Shown in pieces: positions 8,764-17,183 of a DNA stretch of 64,000 nt. The number at the start of each line of letters is the position of its first letter. Position 1 is the first letter of the stretch. The notes under the pieces were generated by a model, which was not told the DNA's origin, did no database searches, and saw only the letters and a program-made list of their open reading frames with translations. Source of the stretch: Myxococcales bacterium (GTDB lineage: Bacteria; Myxococcota; Myxococcia; Myxococcales; UBA5297); assembly GCA_049841135.1 (NCBI GenBank), contig JASGHK010000008.1:403272-467271 (forward strand). Reading direction: 5' to 3'. The position numbers and the translations under genes are program-made.

Positions 8764-9785
8764 GCGGCGCTCCCGACGCGGGCGACGAGGACGATCTTGT
8801 GGCTGTGGCGCAGGACGACGGCGAGCACCGTCTCGCTGGCCGCGAAGCCGCTCGCGCCCGCCAGCTCCGGCAGCCTGACCGTCAACCCGGCGAAGCTCAC
8901 GTTTCCGTCGTCCTCGACCATCGCCGGCCCCATCTGGCGCTCGTCGTCGGGCGGCTGCACTGCGCGCTGCAGCGTCTGCCCGAAGCAGTCGGCGTGGATG
9001 GACCAGAAGTGCTCGGCGTCGGCGGCGAAGACGTGCCGGCCGAAAGTGAAGAGGCGCGGCGGCGTGAGGAAGGGGCCGCCGAAGCCCCGGAAGCCGCCGA
9101 CCTTGCCCACGACCTTGAGCCTCGGCGGCAAGACCGCTGCTCCGGGCCGCTGCCAGGGATCGCCGAGAGCAGACTCCAGCACCGCCTTGGCCTCGCTCGA
9201 GCCGCGCGGCAGCCCCAGCGCCTCGCGCGCCAGCGAGTCCGGGAGCGTCCGCCAGGCATGGAGCGCCGAGTCGCGGTAGTGCGCCAGGCCGCAGCGCCAC
9301 GCGAGGACCTGGCCGCAGCTCAGCAGCTCGGCGACCCCCGGGCATCGCGGACCGAGCTCGCGCATGGCGGCGAGCCACTCGGATACGCGCGCCGAGGGCT
9401 CGAGTTCCAGGTTGTAGGCCGCGTTGGTGACGGCGCCGGCCACCCTGCCCGGCTCGTCCGCCAGCCGCGCGGCGAGGGTGGGGAGCAGCGTGCGCCAGGC
9501 CTCGACGACGTATGGGTGGCGGCTCGTCGGTCCGACCACGTCCTTCCCGACCAGGTCCACCGAGAGGTCGAAGAGCGCCTCGGTCACCGCATCGACGCGC
9601 TTCTCGTCCACCTTCTCAGCCGCAGCGACGGCTGGCGCGACCGCGTCCGCCAGGTGGGCCAGCAGCGCGACCGGGTCGATCTTGCGGCCCTGCCGGCGAA
9701 GCGTGGTCACGCGGGAGTTGAAGCGGTCGCGGTTGCGCTCCAGGGCGCGCGCGAGGGCGGAGTCGGCGGGGAGCGGCGGGCTCAT
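8760..9785 (-). CDS. Hypothetical protein (possible vWA-MoxR-associated partner)
   Basis: 341-aa ORF MSPPLPADSALARALERNRDRF.... Its ATG (9783-9785) overlaps the TGA (9782-9784) of the AAA+ gene. I recognise no domain. Confidence 0.5.
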   Translation of the reverse strand: MSPPLPADSALARALERNRDRFNSRVTTLRRQGRKIDPVALLAHLADAVAPAVAAAEKVDEKRVDAVTEALFDLSVDLVGKDVVGPTSRHPYVVEAWRTLLPTLAARLADEPGRVAGAVTNAAYNLELEPSARVSEWLAAMRELGPRCPGVAELLSCGQVLAWRCGLAHYRDSALHAWRTLPDSLAREALGLPRGSSEAKAVLESALGDPWQRPGAAVLPPRLKVVGKVGGFRGFGGPFLTPPRLFTFGRHVFAADAEHFWSIHADCFGQTLQRAVQPPDDERQMGPAMVEDDGNVSFAGLTVRLPELAGASGFAASETVLAVVLRHSHKIVLVARVGSAA

Positions 9786-11364
9786 CCCTTGAACTCCAGC
9801 CACTTCAGGTAGTTCGAATAGCGCTGGTGCAGGTACTTGAGCTTGAGGATGTCGTCGTAGAGGTGGCCGTAGAGCTTGCGGCCCTTGGACCACTGCCCCA
9901 GCGTGCGGGTGATGGCGTCGAGCCGGGCGCGGACCTGCTTCTCCTCCAGCCCGTCGAGGCCGGCCTCGAACTCGGCGGTGAGCTTCTCGACCGGGTCGTC
10001 GCGGTCCAGGTCCAGCCGCTCGAACTCCTTGCAGGAGAGGTCGAAGAGGTTGCGGATCCAGCTGACGTGGTCGATGCGGTAGGCGGCGTTGCCCTTGCGC
10101 TCGAACCAGGGCGAGTCGGCGTTCTGCACCAGCTTGTCGTGCAGCACGAAGGGCAGCATCTGCCGCACGTCCTCGAAGCTCACCTTCCGCTCGCCGCGGA
10201 AGAAGGCCATGGCCTTGAAGAAGACCATGCAGGTCATCAGCGAGCGCACCGACAGGCCGTTCCGGGTCTGGGTGCCGAGGTCCGCGACGGGGTCCTTGCC
10301 GGTCTCGGTGGTGGCCAGCGTCCCGGCGTCCACGCCCGAGAGCTTGAAGGTGTCCTTGGTCAGGTACTCGAGCTGCCGCGCGGCGGGCTCCATGAACTCG
10401 AAGTGGCTGGCGAAGAACTCCAGGCGCCGGCGCAGCTCGGGCGGAGCTCGATGGCCAGGATCTCGCGCTCCATCAGGTCGAGCTCGACCGGCTTGAAGAT
10501 GATCTCCGGCGGGACGACCTCCTCGGGCCGAACGTCCTCCTCGACGCGGGTCAAGAGCTCGCTGAGGAAGCGGGTGTTGAAGTGCAGCGCCTTGACCACC
10601 ACGTCGATCCGGTCGCGCAGCGCCTCGATGACCTGGTAGGTGCCGCCGCCGGCGTCGTCGTTGGCGGTCAGGTACCAGGCCGCCTTGGGGCACTCGTAGA
10701 TCTGGTCGTAGACCTCGGCGTAGTTGTCGGCCATCACCGTGAGCAGCGCCGACTGGGTGCGGGTGGGGATGCGGTTGTACTCGTCGATGATCTTCAGCCG
10801 CATGCCCAGCCAGCGCCGCCAGGCGATCTTCACCTCGTCCATCTCCTTGGCGTTGACGAGGCTCGACGGCAGCGGGTTGCCGAGCAGGTCGGAGACGGTC
10901 ATCTGCGGCTGGCCGTGCTGGATGGCGCGCTTGATCTCGCGCAGCGGGTAGCCGGAGAGCACGCCCATCAGGATGGCGATGGTCGTCTTGCCGCGCCCCG
11001 GTCCGCCGACGAGCAGGCAGCGGCGGCGCACCGCGAGGTTCAGGAGCGGCAGCAGCACGTAGCTCGAGTAGCTCTGGTCGCTGGGCAGGACGACGTCCAC
11101 GCCCTGGTCGCCGAACGCGAAGCGCTGCGGCGGGCCCTGGTTGTACTCGACGTCGTAGAACGGGTTGATGACCGCGTGGTTGGTGATCCAGAAGTAGGCC
11201 TGCCGCAGCTTCTCGTCGAGCGGCAGGCCGGTCGCCTCTCCGGAGGCCGACTCGATCTGCGCCGGGCCCTTGTAGAGATCGGCGACGTCGAAGCGCGCTT
11301 CGCCGGGCTTGGGGGCAGGGAGCGTCGGGGCCTGCGAGACCTGCTGGATCTTCTTCTTGGACAT
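9782..11364 (-). pseudogene. MoxR-like AAA+ ATPase with long C-terminal extension; frameshifted near 10436
   Basis: Walker A LLVGGPGRGKTT. MoxR-like IDEYNRIPTRTQSALLTVMAD and TANDDAGGGTYQVIEALRDRID. A 1-nt indel in the GGG run at about 10435-10437 splits the ORF track into 10360..11463 and 9782..10693. The repaired protein is about 527 aa. Confidence 0.65.
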
Positions 11365-11440
11365 GGTGGCGAGAGCTTCCCTTGGCCCTGCGATGGCGGT
11401 CAACGGCGGCCCTCCCGGCGCCGTGCTACTCCATGGCCCC

Positions 11441-12401
11441 ATGGCTGACCCGAAGCGAGGCAAGTGGTTCGAACGCGAGGTCGAGCGCGCCAGGAATCCC
11501 GAGCCCGACGACCCGGAGCGCCAGCGCCTGCTCTCGCTCGTCCTGGCCTCCCCCGACGACGTGCAGCCGCGCCTGGTCTACGCCGACTTCCTGATGGAGC
11601 GGGGCGACCCGCGCGGCGAGTTCGTCGCCGTCCAGTGCGAGCTGGCCCGCCTCGGCGGCCGCGACGCCACCGGACCGCGTGCCGAGGAGCTGAAGGCGCG
11701 CGAAGCCGAGCTGCTCAAGAAGCACAAGAAGAGGTGGGTGGGCCAGTACGCGGGGACGAAGACCCGCTACGGCATCGATGGCGGCCCGCAGTGGGTGAAG
11801 GGCAGCCCGACGACCTGGCAGTTCGCGCGCGGCTTCGTCGACTACGTCGGCATGTCGACCCGCGACTTCACCGCCAACGCCGAGGCCATCTTCGCCCACG
11901 AGCCGCTGCGGTGCGCCCACGTCACCGACCGCGACCTCGCGCCGCTGCTGAAGGACTGTCCCTGCCTGGAGAAGCTCCGCGCCTTCGACCTCTCGCGGGT
12001 CGCGCCTCAGGAAGCCGGCGCCCGGGCGCTCTTCTCGTCCGAGCGCTTCGAGTCGCTGCAGGTGCTCAACCTCAACCTCGCCCGCCTCGGCGTCGGCGCC
12101 ACCCAGGTCGCGGTGGCGGTGGGCCAACCTGCCAGCTTCCCGAAGCTGCGCGAGCTGTGGCTCTGGGAGAACGCTCTCGGCGACAAGGGCGCTGAAGCCA
12201 TCGCCGGCTGGCCGCTGCTGAGCGGCCTGAAGCGACTGGAGCTCGGCCACAACGGCATTGGCCCCCGGGGCGCGACCGCACTCGCCCGCTCTCCCCACCT
12301 CGACGGCATCGAGCGGCTCTCGCTGTTCGCGAACGACGTCGGCGACGCCGCCGGCGCGGAGCTTCGCGAGCGCTTCGGGAGATCGCATCGTGCTGCGGTG
12401 A
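11441..12401 (+). pseudogene. Leucine-rich-repeat protein with N-terminal TIGR02996 repeat-companion domain; frameshift near 12380
   Basis: DDPERQRLLSLVLASPDDVQPRLVYADFLMERGDPRGEFVAVQCEL is the TIGR02996 domain. Ribonuclease-inhibitor-like LRRs follow (LRELWLWENALGDKGAEAIA...). Removing one A at about 12378-12380 restores the ending ...RERFGDRIVLR*. Confidence 0.55.
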
Positions 12402-12449
12402 GCGGCCGGGGTATCCTCTGGAGCCCGTACCGGCACCGCCCGAGGCACC

Positions 12450-13660
12450 ATGATCAACCACTCCCATCCGCCGCGACCCTTCTTCCCCGCCCTCGTCCTC
12501 GGCTTGCTCCTCTCCTCGTTCGGAGCGGGCTGCGACTGCGAAACCACCACGGGCAAGTCCCACGAGAACCACACCGTGGACGTCCCCATCACCGGCACGC
12601 AGCTCAAGCCCTACGTGATGATGCTGGTGGACAAGTCGGGCTCGATGCTCGACCCCGCCGACTGCGCGCCGGGCGAGCCTGCACGCGCTGCGCGGACACC
12701 ACCGAGGGGCATTACGACCCCACCTCGACGAACCCCTGCAAGTGGAACGACCTGAAGGCGGCCCTGGCGTCCCGCGACCCCGCCAACCCGGGCTTCCTCG
12801 TCGCCGGCAAGGACATCGCGGCCTATGGGCTGGCCGTCTTCCCGGGTGGCTTCCCGCGCGGCGAGTCCTGCGAGACCGGCATGACGCTGGTGGGCCTGGA
12901 GCCCGGCGCGGACCACGTGGACCACATCATCGACCAGCTGGACGTGGTGAGCCCCGGCGGCGGCACGCCGACCGCGGCGATGCTGGAGCTGGTCTCCAAG
13001 CTGACCCGGCTCTCGGTCGAGGAGCCCGGCCGCAAGCGCTTCGTGATGCTCCTGACGGACGGCGAGCCCAACTGCAGCCAGACTCCGACCAACGTCACGC
13101 GCTGCCAGGAGTGCAACAGCACCAAGGACTGTGAAGGCGCCGGAAGGTGCAACCCCACCTTCCATGGCACGACCTCCTCCGCCCCGCCCTGCCTCTCGGA
13201 TACCGCCTGCCTGGACGACACCGGGCTCATCGAGCAGATCACGGCGCTGCGCGCGAAGGGCGTCGACACCTTCATCATCTGGTTCGGCTCCGCCTCGGCA
13301 CAGCCGTTCGCTGCCAAGGTGCTCAACGACGCCGCCGTCGCCGGAGGCAGGCCGCGCCCAGGCGCCACCACCAAGTACTGGGACGCCGCCAGCCGCGACG
13401 AGCTGCGCGCCTTGCTCAAGGACATCTCCAAGTCGCTGCAGACCTGCACCTTCACGCTGGACCCGGCGCCGACCGACCAGGACATCCTCGAGGTGACCTT
13501 CGTCGACAAGGCCAACGACGACGCCGAGACCACGCTCAACAAGGGCACGGACTACACGCTCAGCGCCGACGGCACGGTCGAGATCCTCGGGGACCGCTGC
13601 AAGCAGATCCAGGAGGCGGCGCCGGGGAGCCTCAACGTGCTCTTCCAGTACGTGAACTGA
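12450..13660 (+). pseudogene. vWA-domain lipoprotein with Cys-rich module; frameshift near 12690
   Basis: Signal peptide with lipobox (LLLSSFGAGC). vWA MIDAS motif VMMLVDKSGSM. The frame shifts by 1 nt near 12690 into the large 11309..13660 ORF (CTRCADTTEGHYDPTSTNPCKW...CQECNSTKDCEGAGRCNP). Confidence 0.55.
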
Positions 13661-13770
13661 CCGCCGGCGGGCGGACGATGTTGATCAACACCGACATATC
13701 TTTAGCAGCCGGCGAGCCACGGCCGCAGCTCCGCCAGAGCGGATGGTTCCCCGTGGGCGGCCTGCGCGCG

Positions 13771-14535
13771 TCAGTCCTTGACGGCGCCAGCGAGCTCGGT
13801 GAGCGGCGCCAGGCCGTTCTCCAGCGCCCCGGAGTGCGACGGTAGGAGCACCTTCACCTCGGCTGCCCGCTTCTCGAGCCGTGCCGCCAGCTCTCGCAGC
13901 GACCTGCGGTTTTGCCGCGTGTCTTGCGAGTAGAGCCAGTTGCCAGCCTCGAGCTTGCCACCGCTGCCGACCTCGGCGCTGTCGCCCAGGAAGAGCACTC
14001 CGCGCGCCAGGAAGGCGGCACTTCCCGGCGTGTGACCGGGGATGGCGAACACCTCGAACTTCGTCCCGCCGATCTCGACCGCCTCGCCGTCCTTGAGCAC
14101 GCGGCCGACCTTGAACCCTGCCGGCTTGGGCGCGGTCAACGGCGTGCGGGAGACGCGTCCCTCCGCCAGCGCCACGTCGGGCTCGAGCGCCATCACGGTG
14201 GCCTTCGGGAAGTGCCGCGCGCCGCGGGTGTGGTCATAGTCGCCGTGCGTCAGGAGGATCGCCTGGACCGCGTCGGGACCCAGCCCGCGCTTCTGGAGCG
14301 CCGCGAGCAGCGGCCCCGCGTCCTCGGCATCGCCCGCATCGATGAGCGCCACCTGCCCTGGAGCGACGTCGACGATGCAGGCGCTGACGAAGCCGTCCTT
14401 GACCACCTCCACACCCTGGACCCGCTGGCCTTCGGCGATGGGCGCCTTCCCGGCCACCGCCGCGGCGAACACGCCTGCCAGGCAGACGGCCAGCACGAGC
14501 ACCACCCCTGCGACGGTCTTGAGGAGCCTCTTCAT
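13771..14535 (-). CDS. Secreted MBL-fold metallo-hydrolase
   Basis: Signal peptide MKRLLKTVAGVVLVLAVCLAG. LLTHGDYDHTRG is the HxHxDH metallo-beta-lactamase motif. ATG at 14533-14535. Confidence 0.75.
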   Translation of the reverse strand: MKRLLKTVAGVVLVLAVCLAGVFAAAVAGKAPIAEGQRVQGVEVVKDGFVSACIVDVAPGQVALIDAGDAEDAGPLLAALQKRGLGPDAVQAILLTHGDYDHTRGARHFPKATVMALEPDVALAEGRVSRTPLTAPKPAGFKVGRVLKDGEAVEIGGTKFEVFAIPGHTPGSAAFLARGVLFLGDSAEVGSGGKLEAGNWLYSQDTRQNRRSLRELAARLEKRAAEVKVLLPSHSGALENGLAPLTELAGAVKD

Positions 14536-14646
14536 GGTGCGCGGGAGGATACCTGAATGCATCGCGGCCAGCGCTCGTCCCCTCCTGGCACAAACTCCCC
14601 ACTCCCCAGGCTTGCGGTAGGCCGCGGCTGGGCTACGCTTCGTCCC

Positions 14647-15969
14647 ATGCGAATCTTCCCTTCCCTCCTCCTCGCCGCCCTCGTCTGCGCGCCCCTGGCC
14701 AGCCACGCTGCGGATGCCAAGGTCGAACGTCCGGTCCTCAGCCTGTCGGGCGCCAACTTCCGACCCCTGCCGCTGGCCATCGCCGCGCCCCTCTTCGCCA
14801 ACGCCCAGGCGCCACGGCCCGCCGGCCAGGAGATCGACGACACGCTCCACCAGGACCTGACGGTCTCCGGCCTCTTCGACCTGCTCGACCGCAAGAGCTT
14901 CCTCGCCGAGGCGAACGAGGGCGTGGAGGTCGCGGCCATCAAGTTCTCGCGCTGGCAGGACGTGGGCGCGGAAGGGCTGGTGAAGGTGCTGGTCTCTGGC
15001 TCCGACCCGGTCACCGCCGAGTTCCACCTCTACAGCTCGGTGGGCGCGAAGGAGGAGCTGAAGAAGACCTACACCGCCCCGCTCGCCTCCGTCCGCACGC
15101 TCGCCCACCGCTTCGCGGACGACCTGTTCGCCTTCTACACGCGCGAGCCAGGCGCCTTCCAGACGCGGCTGGCGTTCGTGAAGAAGGTCAAGAACATCAA
15201 GCAGGTCTTCGTCGGCGACTGGGACGGCCAGAACGCCCGGCAGATCACCCTCTCCAGCCTGAACCTGCTGCCCGCCTGGTCCGCCGACGGCAACAAGCTC
15301 ATCTACACCGGTTACGGCTCGGGCACGCCCGACCTGTGGAGCTTCGACTTCCGCACCAACAAGGCGCAGCTCGTCTTCCACCGCAGCTCGGCCCTCATCA
15401 CCGGCGGCTGCTACAGCCAGGACGGTCGCCGCATCGCCTTCGCGATGAGCGAGGACGACGGCAACAGCCACCTCTGGGTCGCCGACGCCAACGGCGAGAA
15501 CGCCAAGAAGCTCACCGACGGCTTCGGCATCAACTCCAGCCCGACCTTCTCCCCGGACAGCAAGCAGCTGGCCTTCGTCTCCAACCGCGCCGGCACCCCG
15601 CAGATCTACGTGATGCCCGCCGAGGGCGGCGCCGCCAAGCGGCTCACCTTCCAGGGCAACTACAACCAGACCCCGGACTGGTCTCCCCGCGGCGACCTCA
15701 TCGTCTTCACCGCCCGCGACGAGCGGAACGTCTTCGACATCTTCACCGCCGACCCGGCCACCGGGAAGATCGCCCGCTTGACGCAGGACCAGGGCAACAA
15801 CGAGGAGCCGACCTTCTCGCCCAACGGCCGGCTCATCGCCTTCACCTCCACGCGCAACGGCACCAGCCAGCTGTTCGTCATGAGCGCCGACGGCAACTCC
15901 CAGCGCCAGATGACCGCCGGCAAGGACCCGGTCTACACGCCGGCTTGGGGGCCCTTCCTCAAGCAGTGA
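14647..15969 (+). CDS. tolB: TolB family beta-propeller periplasmic protein
   Basis: Signal peptide followed by repeated TolB-type blades (PAWSADGNKLIY, PTFSPDSKQLAFVSNRAGTPQIYVM, PDWSPRGDLIVFTA, PTFSPNGRLIAFTSTRNG). ATG at 14647. Confidence 0.8.
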   Translation: MRIFPSLLLAALVCAPLASHAADAKVERPVLSLSGANFRPLPLAIAAPLFANAQAPRPAGQEIDDTLHQDLTVSGLFDLLDRKSFLAEANEGVEVAAIKFSRWQDVGAEGLVKVLVSGSDPVTAEFHLYSSVGAKEELKKTYTAPLASVRTLAHRFADDLFAFYTREPGAFQTRLAFVKKVKNIKQVFVGDWDGQNARQITLSSLNLLPAWSADGNKLIYTGYGSGTPDLWSFDFRTNKAQLVFHRSSALITGGCYSQDGRRIAFAMSEDDGNSHLWVADANGENAKKLTDGFGINSSPTFSPDSKQLAFVSNRAGTPQIYVMPAEGGAAKRLTFQGNYNQTPDWSPRGDLIVFTARDERNVFDIFTADPATGKIARLTQDQGNNEEPTFSPNGRLIAFTSTRNGTSQLFVMSADGNSQRQMTAGKDPVYTPAWGPFLKQ

Positions 15970-16041
15970 CGCTCGCCCCGTCGTGATCGACGAGCCCGGC
16001 CCCTTCTCCTGGGACCGGGCTCGCTGCTTTCTGGGGGCTCG

Positions 16042-16728
16042 CTAGAACTCCACGTCCAGCGCGTCGGACAAGAAGCGCACGAACGGCACCTGCTCGCGGT
16101 AGCGCTCGACGACCAGGTCGAGGAGGCCGGCGCTCACCACGTCGCGGTCGGTCAGCGGCACGCTGATGGCGAAGTCCTTGCGCTTGAGGTCCTCGATGGC
16201 CGGGTGGTTGGGGTCATAGCCCGCGGGCGGGCGCTTGAGCGACTCGCCGATCATCCCGCAGCCGGTCTGGAACCGGCGCTTGGCGGCCGCCTTCTCCCAG
16301 CCCTTGGGGTCGGTGGCGATGGCGTCGCGGATCTGCTTGAGCGCGCCAGGCTCCGGCCGCCACAACCCCGCCCCCAGCCCGGACTCGCCCGGCTCCAGGT
16401 GCAGGTAGAAGCCGGGGTTGGCGTCCTTGGGCGCCCGGGAGTTCAGGAAGCGGGCGGCGATGCCGGTGCGAAGCGGCGCCTTGTCCGCCGAGAAGCGCGT
16501 GTCGCGGTACATGCGCATCATCGAGCCGCCGCTCGGCCTCGGGTCGGCCACGAGGTTCGGGCTGAGCTTGGCCAGCCGCGGCCCGAGGTCCCGGATGAGC
16601 TGCAGGAACGGGTCGCGCGCCACCGACTCGAAGCGCTCCTTCTGCTCCTTGAACCACTCGCGGTCGTTGTTGCGCCGCAGGTCGGTCAGGAACGCGAAGA
16701 GCTCCTTGGTGAAGTAGGCCTTGGCCAC
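16042..16728 (-). CDS. DUF2461 (TIGR02453) family protein
   Basis: MAKAYFTKELFAFLTDLRRNNDREWF...YRDTRFSADKAP matches the TIGR02453 family. Confidence 0.75.
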   Translation of the reverse strand: MAKAYFTKELFAFLTDLRRNNDREWFKEQKERFESVARDPFLQLIRDLGPRLAKLSPNLVADPRPSGGSMMRMYRDTRFSADKAPLRTGIAARFLNSRAPKDANPGFYLHLEPGESGLGAGLWRPEPGALKQIRDAIATDPKGWEKAAAKRRFQTGCGMIGESLKRPPAGYDPNHPAIEDLKRKDFAISVPLTDRDVVSAGLLDLVVERYREQVPFVRFLSDALDVEF

Positions 16729-16892
16729 GGGGTCCTCCTGGAGAGAAGCCGATGCGGTTGGTGGGTGCGTGCAGGAGCAGCTGTCTCATCCTCGCCGCTG
16801 GCGCACGCAGGCCGCAAACGGGCGGCTTGGCGCCTAGCTGCACGGCCGTGCGATGATGCGTCCGGTTTCCAACCGTACCCGGGGGTTCTTCC

Positions 16893-17183
16893 ATGGCTGA
16901 CCACGAGGACATCCAGAAGGAGCTGGAGCGGCTGCGCGCCGAGAACGAGGCGCTCAAGAAGCGCAACGCCAAGGGCCTGTCGATGAAGGTCAGCGAGAAG
17001 GGCGCCGTGTCGGTCTACGGCCTGGGCCGCTTCCCGGTGACGCTCTACAAGGAGCAGTGGTTCCGCCTGCTCGACATGTCCGAGGACATCCGCGCCTTCA
17101 TCAAGGAGAACGAGGCGCAGCTCAAGTCGAAGGAAGCCAAGGCCGAGGGGTCGGCGGCTCCAGCCTCGGAGTCCGGCAGCTAG
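16893..17183 (+). CDS. Hypothetical small coiled-coil protein
   Basis: 96-aa ORF MADHEDIQKELERLRAENEALKKRNAK.... I recognise no domain. Confidence 0.35.
   Translation: MADHEDIQKELERLRAENEALKKRNAKGLSMKVSEKGAVSVYGLGRFPVTLYKEQWFRLLDMSEDIRAFIKENEAQLKSKEAKAEGSAAPASESGS

Noticed and set aside
11309-11440. Upstream extension of the LRR gene (start at MGAGSVGAC...)
   Set aside because: The TIGR02996 domain normally begins near the N-terminus. The extension would run into the divergent promoter region of the AAA+ operon. I preferred the internal ATG at 11441.
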